Below, one piece after another: positions 13,102 to 24,827 of a stretch of 64,000 nucleotides of DNA. Every line of letters begins with the position of its first letter. Position 1 is the first letter of the stretch. The stretch is from Podarcis liolepis (taxonomy: Eukaryota). The notes below the pieces were generated by a model, which was not told the DNA's origin, ran no database searches, and saw only the letters and a list, made by a program, of their open reading frames with translations. A program made the position numbers and the translations under genes. Where the stretch lies: assembly GCA_965112155.1 (NCBI GenBank), contig OZ218099.1; one strand, given 5' to 3'.

Positions 13102-15298
13102 CAACAGGCCAGATAGTTGCAGCTGTGTAAAGAACTGCTCAGTCAGGCAAACCTTATCAGGTACTCGATGAACCACCACAAACCAGTGATGGCAACAGGG
13201 GCCCAAAGCAATTGCAGAAGTCGGGAAACGGCAAGGAGATTAGGACATTGTGGCTGATGGTTTCACCACCCTCATGCACTGTTCAGAGGAAGTGAGCAAA
13301 GACTGCTTTCTCAAGCTTGCAGAATTTGTACAAAACCTTGGCAGAGGTAAAATACTGGCGGGGAAAGAAATGCCCATCCTGTTTGTACTGCGGTTGGATG
13401 CACAGGGTGGGAGCCACCTAGCAGGTCCCATCAGCAGAAGCCCTGTGCTAGGACTTCGGCTTGTGCAGAGGGGCTTTCCCCTCTCTTCTCCCTGCATAGC
13501 CTCTTCAGTTGGCTTGAGAAGGAGGTCAGGAGAACCCCCCAGAACTGTGTGTAGGGGGAGGAGAGGAGGGTCTCATTCCACTTGCCAGCTGTGATGCTTG
13601 TGCCAATGGAATGATCAGTTCAGGCAGTGCTGAATTCTTCCACAGTGTCCACTGCAGGCTGCTGAGGGACTGGAGCTGAGGGTGTGTGAGAGAAAGACAG
13701 GTGACCGCCTTGCGGTTTTCCTTTCCATGTTTCCAGGTATAATGTGAAGAGAATAGTCTGTATTTTGGATTAGGAGCTCACAGATCTCCTCGTAGGAACT
13801 TGTAGAACTTATGCCCCTCTGCCTGCTGCTGCCCTGCAATCCCCATCAGCCATGGCCAGTGTGAGCAGTGGTCAGGGATAGGGATCGGTGAGAGTTGTGA
13901 TCCATCAACCTCTGGAAAGCTATAGGTCCCCTGCCCCTGCCATAGGCAGTATGTTCAACAATAACCTGAAAGCGTGGAAAGGTCCGCTTGACACACTGGT
14001 ACAAACCCTGAATTAACTGCTCTTCTGTTACATGTGAAATGGCCCTCTGCATCTCCTCTGCCCAACATAGCTCTGTTATCACTATCTTGTTTTTGATTAT
14101 GCTTACCTTGTTGGGGTAGAGTTCTTGTAAGTTTGCTCCCCCTGCTCCTGTTCTTGCCCCGCATCTCCCCCTTGGTGTTGACACAGCTGGCTTCTTCCAA
14201 CATCACTCTTTCTATTCTTGCCTTTAGAAAGAATGTCTAATTCAGACTGTCCTGCAGTGCTAGACTTTACCCCCCTCCACTTCCGCTTTCCCCTTTCCTC
14301 TATCTGGGAACTCGGTGCTGCAGAGGCGTTGACCCCTTGGCAAGCCATGGATCTAACAGGACTAATTCCCTCTCCCTAGGGGCTTTAATTGATTCTTCGG
14401 CTGAACTTAACAGTGCCTTGAGAGGCACGTAGACTCAGAAGGTGCAGTTCTGGCAAGGGCTATGGAAATGTGACATCTGCAGGCATGGGAGCTGCTGCTG
14501 AGAAGATGTCTTTTTTGTTTTATTTGAGCATTGGGATGTGAGAAGGAAATGGGCCTGATGTGTTTTGGGGATATATATATACGTCTTCAGCTACGTAGAA
14601 TGGCATTTCCTAAGCTTGTTTCACAGTGGTCTGCTTACCATCACTCCCATGTTAGCTTCCACTGTGGAAAGATTGTCCTCACCATTGCTCTTGCCTACAC
14701 CATTTCTTGAATGTCTCTCTCAATCTCTGCCCTTTCTTTCTCAATCTCTGCCCCACACATCATATCCTCCCCAGTTCCACTGACATCCCGCTTACCTATC
14801 TGTGCACTTGGCATACTAAAATGTGTTTCTTCCTAGAGTTCTCCTTTTGAATTATTGCCCTCACCCAACTATTGCTTTTTAAAGTCATATCATTCTTGTA
14901 CTTTGACAAACAGTCACTGATACTGGCTGGGTGTCACTTGCTTGGAATTGGACTTGAGCGAAATGGTCTTCTCTAGATATGCCAACGGCTTCATGACCGC
15001 TTCACAGTGTGTGGTAGTCGTGGAAAACATTTTTGCCTTTGAGCTTGAAGCACTTCTCTGTGAACTTCCCATACATGCATGGACCTTCACCTCTGTGCTT
15101 TTGGCATGTGACTGCAAACCGCCTTAAAATGTGGGTCAGTAGTAACATGCTGAAAACTGTGTGTTTCTTTTTCATGCTTCTTTTTCATGCAGTCACTGTG
15201 TGTGGAAAACATTCTGTTGGGTTTGTTTCTAAGCTGGGACCACCAGTGTGCAGACTCCGCAAAAAAGCTCACCAGGCTTTTTTCTTGCTCTGTTCCAG

Positions 15299-15411
15299 AT
15301 ATGATCAGTCAGCGGTCTGCAGGAGGCAAACACAGCGGGAGCGCTCAGCTTGGCACAGGAAGGGGCACCCTGCGGCTTCGGGCCAAAGGACCAGCCACTG
15401 TGGAGGAACAG
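15299..15411 (+). CDS. GIPC1: GIPC1 internal coding exon
   Basis: Pyrimidine tract plus ttccAG|AT acceptor; CAG|GTGTGT donor. The 113 nt encode (D)MISQRSAGGKHSGSAQLGTGRGTLRLRAKGPATVEEQ, a GIPC1-type linker. Confidence 0.96.
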
Positions 15412-16009
15412 GTGTGTGTTCAGCAAGCCCAGAAATGTAGAGCAGAAGGATGGGCAGCTCTGCTCTGCTCCACTTTTTCCCAAGACTGGTTTAGAGCAGG
15501 TGTCCACAAATTCACCCCCCCTCTGGTGAGAGGGATGCCCAGCAGCTTATTTTCCCCTGCCCCATAGCTCTTCCTTGTGGCATGGTTTTAGAGGACGGGG
15601 GAGAAGGAGCAGCCATCTCTCCTGTTTCTCTCATCTCCTGCTTCCTGCTTCTCCTTCAAGTTATTGTGCAGACCAGAGAAGTAAAGGGATGTTATGACGG
15701 TATTGGTGGCAAGAGGGATAGTCCAGCTGATACACACAGCCCTCGGTTGGTACTCTTCCTCACAGCCTTCATGTGTCTTCTGAAGACATGGAGCCACACG
15801 TGGTCCCCGGATAACCAGCTCTAGAGTCTCCCACTCTCCAATCTCTACCAAAATTCTTCAGCCACATTGCAGCCATTTTCTTCTGCATTAGACCCATTGG
15901 CCCTGTCAGCTAGTAGCTGTAGCCAAGCCGCAGCTGCCACCCCTCAAGTTAATAGAGAGGAAAACAGACATTGTCGCTGCTTCAGTTGTTGTGTTCTTCC
16001 TCTTCACAG

Positions 16010-16091
16010 CCATCTGCATTTGAGGAAAAGGCCATTGAGAAGGTTGATGATCTTTTGGAGAGTTACATGGGCATCCGTGACACAGAGCTAG
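16010..16091 (+). CDS. GIPC1: GIPC1 penultimate coding exon (GH2 domain)
   Basis: ttcacAG|CCA acceptor; CTAG|GTGAGT donor. The 82 nt encode [27 protein letters not shown]. Confidence 0.97.
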
Positions 16092-16337
16092 GTGAGTTGC
16101 TGCTACTTTCCTCTTTTAATCTGGAAATAAACCACCCAAAGCAAACTATTTAAGGAGACTGGAGCCTCCCTGTAGATGCTGGCATCTCCCCTTGATTGGC
16201 ACACCTTTCCAATGCTGGAATGGGAGCCAATGTGAAGCTCTCCCCGTGCCTCTGTCTCAGTTGTTGTGTTGGCTTGTGAGCTGTTTGGGGTGTGGAGGAG
16301 ATGCTCACCTCTGGCTTTCTTTCCTTCCCCCGCATAG

Positions 16338-16489
16338 CTGCTACCATGGTGGAGCTGGGAAAGGACAAACGGAATCCTGACGAATTTGCTGAGTCCCTGG
16401 ACGAGCAGCTGGGGGACTTTGCCTTCCCCGACGAGTTTGTCTTCGACGTCTGGGGAGCGATTGGCGACGCCAAGGTTGGGCGCTACTAG
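16338..16489 (+). CDS. GIPC1: GIPC1 last coding exon (GH2 domain, stop)
   Basis: cgcatAG|CT acceptor. Encodes (A)ATMVELGKDKRNPDEFAESLDEQLGDFAFPDEFVFDVWGAIGDAKVGRY then TAG. The DAKVGRY terminus is GIPC1-type, and adjacency to PTGER1 matches mammalian synteny. Confidence 0.97.
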
Positions 16490-18324
16490 GACTCTGCGCC
16501 CTCTGCTGGACCCTGCAGGCAGGACTACTAGGCAGGCCACTGGTGGGCCTGGCACACCACTGTGCCCTCACTTCGATGCTGGGCCACACCTGCCTCCTTT
16601 CCCTAGGGGCTGGAGAGGCCCTCAAGCAATAAGTCACCTGCATTAATGACTGGAGTGTAATGTGAATGGGGCCCAGAATCCCTGCTGCTGACCACCTCTT
16701 TGTGCATGAGGCTCCCTCAGACCTGAACACAGTCTGCTAGGAGTCCCTTGCTGCCAGTTCTTGGCTTCTGCCACTCTGCTCATACAGTTTGCTGTTCTCA
16801 GGGAGCTGCAGCTGCTCCTTGCTGGTTTCCAGGCCTATCCTTGAATGAGGATGTGCAGGCATCCTGATAGGCAGTTAGTCTGGGGGGAATCTCACATCGG
16901 GCGACGGATGAGGCTGGGGTGAGCTCGGATGGGTTTGGACAGCCCTGACACAACCATTTGGGTGGGTGGGTGGGTGAGTGGGCAGGTGCGGCAAAAGCTC
17001 CTCACTGTGCATATCTGCTCTGGGTAGGCTAAGAGGGTACACACACGCATCCCTCTTTTCCAGCATGAACATCCTCTGCTGGTCCAGCTCCAATCCATTT
17101 TGGTACAATATGCACTGGGAAGCTGCTTCTCTTGCTGCGGGTGGACCTCATTTCATAGCTGTTCTCTCTTGTTTGATCCTCGTAGCTTGGCTTTGGGTAG
17201 TATATGCAAGAGAGGCACTCAGAAATCAGAGAGCATCAGATTACAAGGTAAAAAAAAACTGGTGGAGGAAATAAAGTCCCCGACCCCAATCTTGTTTCCT
17301 AGAGAGATCCTTTCCTTCCATGTGGCTAGGCAGTCCTTCCAGCTGAGTTTCGGCTGCTGGTCCTACCCTGCCTAACAAAGCCTGCTTCTGCTTCCCGGCC
17401 CCATCATCAGCTGTTGAACTTGAATCCATTTTGAGCGGCAGTCTCAAGCTTCCTTTGGTTGGGCATGGCTGAGAATGGCAGCAGAGACACAAGGCTGTAT
17501 AGCCAGCCACTTCCTCTCCCCCTGAATGGATCTGGCTTGTCCTGCCTCCAACCACTTCCCCAGAGCGAAACGTGGTTTCAAGGCCCACCTCCTCTTTAAC
17601 CACCACCCTCCACCTGCAGCTGAGCTTCTTGCCCCCAGTCACTCACACTGTGTGGATAGTACAAAGGTGGTCATCCCAAGTGTCTCACTGGTGATGAGCC
17701 ATTGCTGAGCCTGTCACACCAGTGGCATTCCCCCATCCCAATTACTGCTGGGAATATTCCCTTCCTGGACTGGTTCTGGGGAACTCCTCTGCTCAGGGTG
17801 GTGCTGCTTGGCACTGGGGATGTTCCCAGAGGGCAGCAAAACCACAAGCAGCAACAGCAGCAGGTTCTCCTTGCGGTCTGGGTTTGGGCATGTCCTTGTC
17901 TTTGACTAATCTGTCCAACTTTGTCATACTGACCTACCTCCCAGGGTGGCCCAGTTAATAATGCCTGAAAAGCTGCCTCTGTTAAATTATTGATATTCTC
18001 TCACTGACACTACACGCACGCACACACACACCCAAATGTTGGGCCTCTTCCCTGTACTGTATCCCAATACTGTAGTTCAGGCACTGTCTGGTCACCCTAG
18101 GAGCCATGAAGGCCCCCTCCCTCTTCAATTACACCTCACAGCCCCAGTCCACCTACTGTATCTCTTTAAGACACTAACCCCAAGTAGGATGTGGAGCCTA
18201 GTTGCCCTCGGGACCCACACCTCATGCTCAGAGTGGGTGAGGTTTCTGCCAAGCCTTGCCTTCCTGTGCCCTGGCACCGGAAGCCTTGTGGGTAGACCAG
18301 GCACCACATTCTCCTTGGGCATAT

Positions 18325-18400
18325 TTTTGTATTCTATGTGTAAAGCATCTTTAAGATAAAAATATATTGACATTACTAAATTGCTTTTTGCCTGCATGTG
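18325..18400 (+). terminator. Candidate GIPC1 polyadenylation region (variant signals)
   Basis: UGUA elements, GATAAA at 18355-18360 and ACTAAA, followed by U/GU-rich sequence. A canonical AATAAA at 17270-17275 is an alternative. Cannot be resolved without transcripts. Confidence 0.3.
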
Positions 18401-20674
18401 TGCTTAAGGGGCGTGTTGTGGGGAGGGGAGGTGCAGAGTGCCCACAAGTGGAGTTCCGGCTTATCCCATCTCTTGGCCGACACGGACAAAAATTAAAACT
18501 TCCTCTGTGGAGGAAATGGTAGGATGCAGGAGTTGGGACCCAGCCAGTTAGGGTGGTGTTGCAGATCTGTGTAAGCAAGACGGTTCTCTGGTTGCTGCTA
18601 AGGGAGAAGTGAGCAGGTGCGTGTAGCAACTACCTCAAAAGAGAGGTTGCAGATGGCACATTGGGAAAAATAAACTACCCAGAAAAATACCCAGTAAAAC
18701 AACTGCAGTACCCTAACTTCATGGCCAGGTGCAACTTTTTCCTTGGGGGTCTCTGCTTGAGCCCTGTCAGAGCAGCAACATAAAAATAATGTGTCTCGTG
18801 TGCTAGGGTTCTGCCTCTGGAGTGAGAGCAAATAACCTCAAAGAAGTCGTTCGATTTCTGCCCTGTGATATGTGTGTTTTCTTGGCTCAAATATTTCTAA
18901 ATTTCCCTGCTTGGAGCAGTCCAAATATTAAACGGGTTGGTGAGGGCTGGGTTGGAAATGGCCCTGCATGTGAAGTGGAACCAGATGCTGCACTGTGTAC
19001 AGCCAGCAATCTCATTTTAATGGGCACTCTGAGATTCTACAGCTCCTAGTAAGCTGTGTAGGCCCTTGAATGCTCTGGTCATGTGGTATTGGAAGGAGTT
19101 GCTCCCCCCTTCCCAGGTACATACCAATTCTCCCCCCACCTTAGAATCAAATTAGCAGGGATGTATCAGATGCCCACCCTTTGAGGGGCCGCAGTGATGC
19201 TTATGGCAGTCTTGTCTTCCAGTCTTCTTGCTGCAGCCACTGTACCAGGCCATGCGTAGTCAACAAGGTGGACCTTGAGCTTTCTGTCTCCGCTGCTGGA
19301 AGGAGCATCGGGTAGGACTATTGTGGCTATGTTTCTGAGAAGCTACAAGCAGGAACAAACACACCATCCTGCCGGCTGATTGGGGGCTGGGAAATGGGAT
19401 GGCTTCCCCCCATGGGAGGCAAGGCACAAACAATGAGGGGAAGAAGGCCAACTTGTTCATCCCCTGTCAGGATGCACAAGACAATTAGCTGGGCCATACA
19501 GGTCTAAACAGGGATTCAGCAAGCCATTGTAGTAACTGGTCTGCATTTTCATGCATCATGAAACTGGTTCCATACAGGGTGTCTGGGAGCACTCTAGCTG
19601 CGATGGTGTTAAGGGTCCAAGTTTGCTCCTAAAATACTGAGAGCAAAGTTACTTGCCCATCCATTCCTTAGCTGCAGCCCTGCTGCCGACATTTTAGTGC
19701 AATTGACCCCTGGGAGTGCCTGCATTGAGCTGAATGTGCCACACAAAAGCAATTGGAATGATGCTTGTTTTGAAGCCTGCGTGACGTATATTGCCGACTG
19801 TGTTTTATTTACCTTTTGGTAGTTGGACTTGGACCTGTTCCATCCCTTAAAGTTGTTTTAAAGAGCACAGTAAGAAATAATAGGATGTCTGCCAGAGAAA
19901 ACCAAGACTCCACCCTTGTAAACAGCTGATTCTCCATGTAGGATGATGATGCCCTGGAGAAACTACTCTCCTCATTCCACTCCACCTCACCCCAGAAGCA
20001 CTTGTAGTCTGCTCTCTCTCTTACACCCACACACTGTTCTGTGGGTTCCCCTGGTGCATGTGCACACACACACCCCGAGTCAATATTTTTTTTGGGGGGA
20101 GGAGCCTTGCTCTGCTAGTGGGAACCCTTGTGTGGGCTTCCATTAGTGGAATTCATTATCTGAATCCTGCTCTGTGTGTCGTTCTGGCTTTTTGGGTGGC
20201 TTATTTCAGATGTCCAACCTAGCAACTTTATTTCTTGGTATTAAAAACACACTTTTCTGGACCGAGCACTCAGAAGTAGTGCAAAATCCTATTCCCCGTA
20301 TATCTTTGGGGGAGGTAATTTTGTACATGCTGCAGGAGGGGAGAGGGGGAGAGAATTGGGTGCAAATGCCTTGCTGAATGGTGTGAGAGTCTTCAGGGAC
20401 CACTATAACATTGCAGCTGTTAGAGGAGTTTTTTAAGACCAGTTTGGCAATCCTGTTGGAATGGTGCAGCAGGGACTACTTAGCCTTTGACTTGAATAGG
20501 GAAGGGCGAAAAGACACATGCTTCCTTTCAAGAATATAAGAAAAAGATTTGTAGATGAGAACAAAGCTCCATCTGGTCTGGTCCCAGCATGATTTCTTTG
20601 GAAATTCCAGCAGGACATGGAGGCAACAGCCTTCCTTTGTGCGTTTTCAGCATGAGGTACTCCAAAGGATGCGT

Positions 20675-20812
20675 CAGGGATAGGCGACCTGTGGCCCTCC
20701 AGATGTTGTTAGATTACAGTACATCTCTCATAATCCTTAGCTATTGGCTATGCTGGGCTGATGGAAGTTGGAGTCCTACAGCTTCTGGGGGGTCACAGAT
20801 TCCCCATCCCTA
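20675..20812. mobile_element. hAT-type MITE, degenerate copy
   Basis: CAGGGATAGG...CCCCATCCCTA ends and internal GGCCCTCCAGATGTT...GATGGAAGTTGGAGTCC, shared with the 31073-31198 family. Confidence 0.6.
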
Positions 20813-21361
20813 GAGCCTTGGCTTTCCTTGCACTCAGGTGGGGGAGCTACCATGGCCTTTGTAAAGCAATCAAGAGATAGCAGCCAGCAGTGCTTTGTGG
20901 GGGAATGAATTCCACAGATTACCGTAATTCTGCATTGTGTGAAGAAGTTCCTTTCATTTAACCTCTGAGGTTTGCTCTTGGAGCACTCGAGTGAAAATAT
21001 TTCCTTGCAGTCAACACGCTAGCTTGGAAGGTGTTGTCTGGCAATTGAGTCACATTCCTGCTGTAAGCAAGCAAGCAAACAAAAACCCTTTTATTTGGAT
21101 AAATTTGATGAGCAGCCAGATAGAGCACATAGTATTCAAACATTTATGAGAACTAATTTGACACTTCACCCAGCCATAAGAGTCAGCTTTTTCCAGTCCA
21201 GTAGTGCTAGGAAGCTGGTCTACAGATGCTCTTGGCTAGCAGCCTCCCTCTTTACCCAGAACTGGTTAATGGTCTGTCTAACTATGATCACCCCCTGTTC
21301 TGCTAAACAGGTTCCCATTCTCAACATCTCCCTTGGCTCCTGCTGTCTGTAGGGCCCAGTA

Positions 21362-21589
21362 CCGTGGTACCTCTAGTTATGTACTCGATCCGTTCCGGGG
21401 TGCCGTTTGCACCCTGAAAAGTCCACAACTAGAGTGCCGCTTCTGCGCATGCACGCGGCACAATAGAGCGCTTCTGTGCATGTGTGAGGTGTGCAGAGCT
21501 CTTCTGCGCATGCACGAGATGCGCAGAGCACTTCTGCACATGCGCGCAGGGTAAAACCCGGAAGACTGATGTAACAAGAGGTACAACTG
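21362..21589. mobile_element. Tc1/mariner (Tigger-like) MITE with internal ~30-bp tandem repeats
   Basis: TA target duplication at 21360-21361 and 21590-21591. Imperfect TIRs CCGTGGTACCTCTAGTTA / TAACAAGAGGTACAACTG. Four CTTCTGCGCATG-type units inside. Confidence 0.8.
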
Positions 21590-23996
21590 TACACACAAGT
21601 CCTAGGTATGCACTCAAGTGGAGAGATGTTGTCTGTGGGCCTGAAGATCACTCAAATAGGCAGCAACCAAATTATAGTTCAAACTACTTGCCAAATGTGG
21701 AAAAGTGGCCCCGAGCCTTCATCCTTCAGAGTAGCTGGCTCCTGCTTGATCTCTCTGTGTCAGGGTATTATAAAGATAGCAGGAAGCTGGGTGTTGCCAA
21801 AGTGGGAAAACTTGCAGCACAGGCAAGACATCCGTTGCAGTAGGTGATACACAAAGAGGTATCCCAAAACACAGTGCTTGTGGCAGCACGCCAGCCTGTC
21901 ATGCACTCAAAGGGCTGGTATAACTCACCTGCTCCACTTGTGTTCTTGCCTTATAAGCATAACCTGCAATGAACTAGAAAAACTTGTCTCCATGTCAAAG
22001 CACCCAGTGTTCTGAGGAGCTGGTCAACATCAACGTAATACCTTGGTAGACCTTCAACCATCAGCACGTCGAGAGCTCCAAGATGCTCAGCAGTGCTGGT
22101 GGGAGAACCAGCCTATACATCTGCTGTGAACTCACAGCCAGCTTTACAAAGAGCAAAGTGGCTTTGTGAATCCTTTCTGCGGGCAGAGACCAACACCATG
22201 CTTCAATCCGCCTCAGAAATGTGGGCAGTGATGTGCCAGATGGTAATCTGTGGATAGGATTAATGGTTCAGGTGACCAGTTTGTCATGAGCAGGGTTCTA
22301 TGCAAGGCCTGAAGTGTGGGCTGTGCCATTTGCTAAAAAGCAGCTCTAGCACTTTCATAACCACCATAAACACTGACCTATAGGTGGGGCCACCATGCAT
22401 GCCTCAAAGCTCCTTACTCAAGAGTAAAGCAGCAAGACACTTAAAAGAAAGTTATAAAGCAAAATGTGCAGGTACGCTTCTAAGCGATTTACACAAAATG
22501 AGCCAGCCTAGTTGCTCCTGCTTATCAGTGTTTTTAGCTGATCAGTGAAGTGAGTTGCTTGGACACCAGCTATAGGAATCGCTAGGGTCCTAAAGAACTA
22601 CTGTTTTCCGTTCCCTTTTATCACACTTTCCCTGCTTCTGTTTTATTTTCTTGGAAATGCCATAGTTCGCCATTCATTTTTTCCTACCAAGCGATGTGCA
22701 TATTTTGTTATGTGGTGTAAGCCTGAATCCACATGCATATCCACCACCACCCCGTACCCCTACACACATTCCCAATAGGTTTGGGATATTTTGCCAGAAT
22801 CAATACATGTGACTATTTATGAATATATGTTTCAGCTCTTAACCTTATGCCTGATAAGTTCACCCCAGAGGAATAAAGAAATGTTGTTTTATTATATGAA
22901 ATAAAGGAGGCAGAATATATAGATGGTGCTTCAGGCAGCCAAGTTACATACATGTGATCAGAAAATCACACAGTACATACACACCTCAATCTTAAAGATA
23001 AACAGATCCCCAGCTACCCAAAAGCAATGACAAATTGCCACAGTACACACATTAAGAGAAGAAATGAATGGAAAATATACATGCCCCAAAGCAAGCGGTA
23101 CCGAAGTCTGGGGTCAGAGATTTGTGTCAATCGTGTGAGAGTTAAGCTTTCCCCATTGGCATCCTATACCTGGCTTCCCATGGTAAGTATGAGCTTGTCC
23201 AGGGGAAGGAGGAGCAATGATTGTACTTGCTCTAATTGTGTTACAACACATTGTGTTATCCCTTGCCCCCATGGTAGCCATTTTGTGACTGGAGCCCACA
23301 GCACGCTCTCAAAATTTAAAATGTGCCCACTGGTCCAAAAAGATTAGTGACCCCTGCTCTAGGGTGTGAAGATCAGTGGCTAAGTTGGCTAGGGCTGATG
23401 GTGATTGGCGTCTGCCAACTGAAGGTCAGCACAACAGTTTTCCCTGGGGTAAAACATTGATGGCTTGGAGAAGGGCCTTCACAGTTGTGGCCTCCAAGTA
23501 AAAGACAGTAGGTATGCAGTTCAATTACTTTTAGCAATATTTTTTTCTGAATGCAATCAGTTCTAGCCATAGCAAGATAAAACAGATGACTCTTAAAGAG
23601 GCCCTATTTTGTTAGAATTTCCTCTCTGTAGTCAAGCTTGTTGTGCAGTTCATGGCTAGTAAAACTAGACTATGTGTCAATGACGTAAGAAACAATTATA
23701 TATCAAGACCTACTTGGACCACTATCTGTGTCTCTGGCATAGACTGGCTTTTAACACCCCCCCCCCCCTTTTCAGGATCTACCACATATATGTTATCTGA
23801 TTCTCTACTTGAGAAGTAGCAGAATGATGCAATTGTGCCACTTTCATGTGTAGCCAGAAATAGCTGCATGTCAGGATCTCACACACAGAACACCACCTGC
23901 CTCTCTTGCCATGCTTTATGTACTCTGAGATATGGCCTCTGGCCAAATACAATATGCTGGCTACATGGCTTACTGGAACCCCACAGCATGACTTCT

Positions 23997-24424
23997 TTGT
24001 TGTTGTTTAGTCATTTAGTCGTGTCCGACTCTTCGTGACCCCATGGACCAGAGCACGCCAGGCACTCCTGTCTTCCACTGCCTCCCGCAGTTTGGTCAAA
24101 CTCATGTTCATAGCTCCGAAAACACTGTCCAACCATCTCGTCCTCTGTCGTCCCCTTCTCCTTGTGCCCTCAGTCTTTCCCAACATCAGGGTCTTTTCCA
24201 GGGAGTCTTCTCATGAGGTGGCCAAAGTATTGGAGCCTCAGCTTCAGGATCTGTCCTTCCAGTGAGCACTCAGGGCTGATTTGCTTCAGAATGGATCTTC
24301 TTGCAGTCCATGGGAGTCTCAAGAGTCTCCTCCAGCACCATAATTCAAAAGCATCAATTCTTCAGCGATCAGCCTTCTTTATGGTCCACTCTCACTTCCA
24401 TACATCACTACTGGGAAAAACCAT
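23997..24424 (-). mobile_element. BovB (RTE) LINE, 5'-truncated, with 12-bp target-site duplication
   Basis: (TTG)n tail followed by AGTCGTGTCCGACTCTTCGTGACCCCATGGAC, then TCCAACCATCTCGTCCTCTGTCGTCCCCTTCTCC and CAACATCAGGGTCTTTTCCA. TSD AGCATGACTTCT at 23985-23996 and 24425-24436. Confidence 0.9.
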
Positions 24425-24791
24425 AGCATGACTTCTACTAGGAACAAAAAGAATATTCAACCCAATAAATCCTACCCTCCTCCAAATCTTCCCCTCTGGC
24501 CTGCTGGCAAAGTAAGATTGCTGGTTTTCAAAACGCTCAATTTCTTTGGATATACAGCTTCTCATTCTCCCTTGCTGAAGCAGTGAAGTAAAATGATGCC
24601 TGGTGGTGTTGCACCAGCTTTGTGCATTGTGATAAATTACAGCAAGTCAGGAATGCAAATCTGGAATGATTATAACAAACTTTGTTTACGTACCTCTTGA
24701 CCTTCCCAAAGCCAAGACTCTATTGGAATTTTCTTCTCTTCCCACTTGGTGTGGCTTTGGCTTGCCCACCAGTTTCTTAGATCTCCTTGAA

Positions 24792-24793
<2 letters not shown>

Positions 24794-24825
<32 letters not shown>
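24794..24825. repeat. (AC)n microsatellite
   Basis: Direct reading. Confidence 0.95.

Positions 24826-24827
<2 letters not shown>

Noticed and set aside
16103-16730. Minus-strand ORFs of 107-150 aa overlapping GIPC1's last exon (similarly 58251-58649 over PTGER1)
   Set aside because: Antisense shadows of GC-rich coding exons.
21430-21550. CRISPR-like repeat/spacer array
   Set aside because: Eukaryotic DNA; the units are degenerate tandem repeats inside a TA-flanked MITE, without unique spacers or cas genes.
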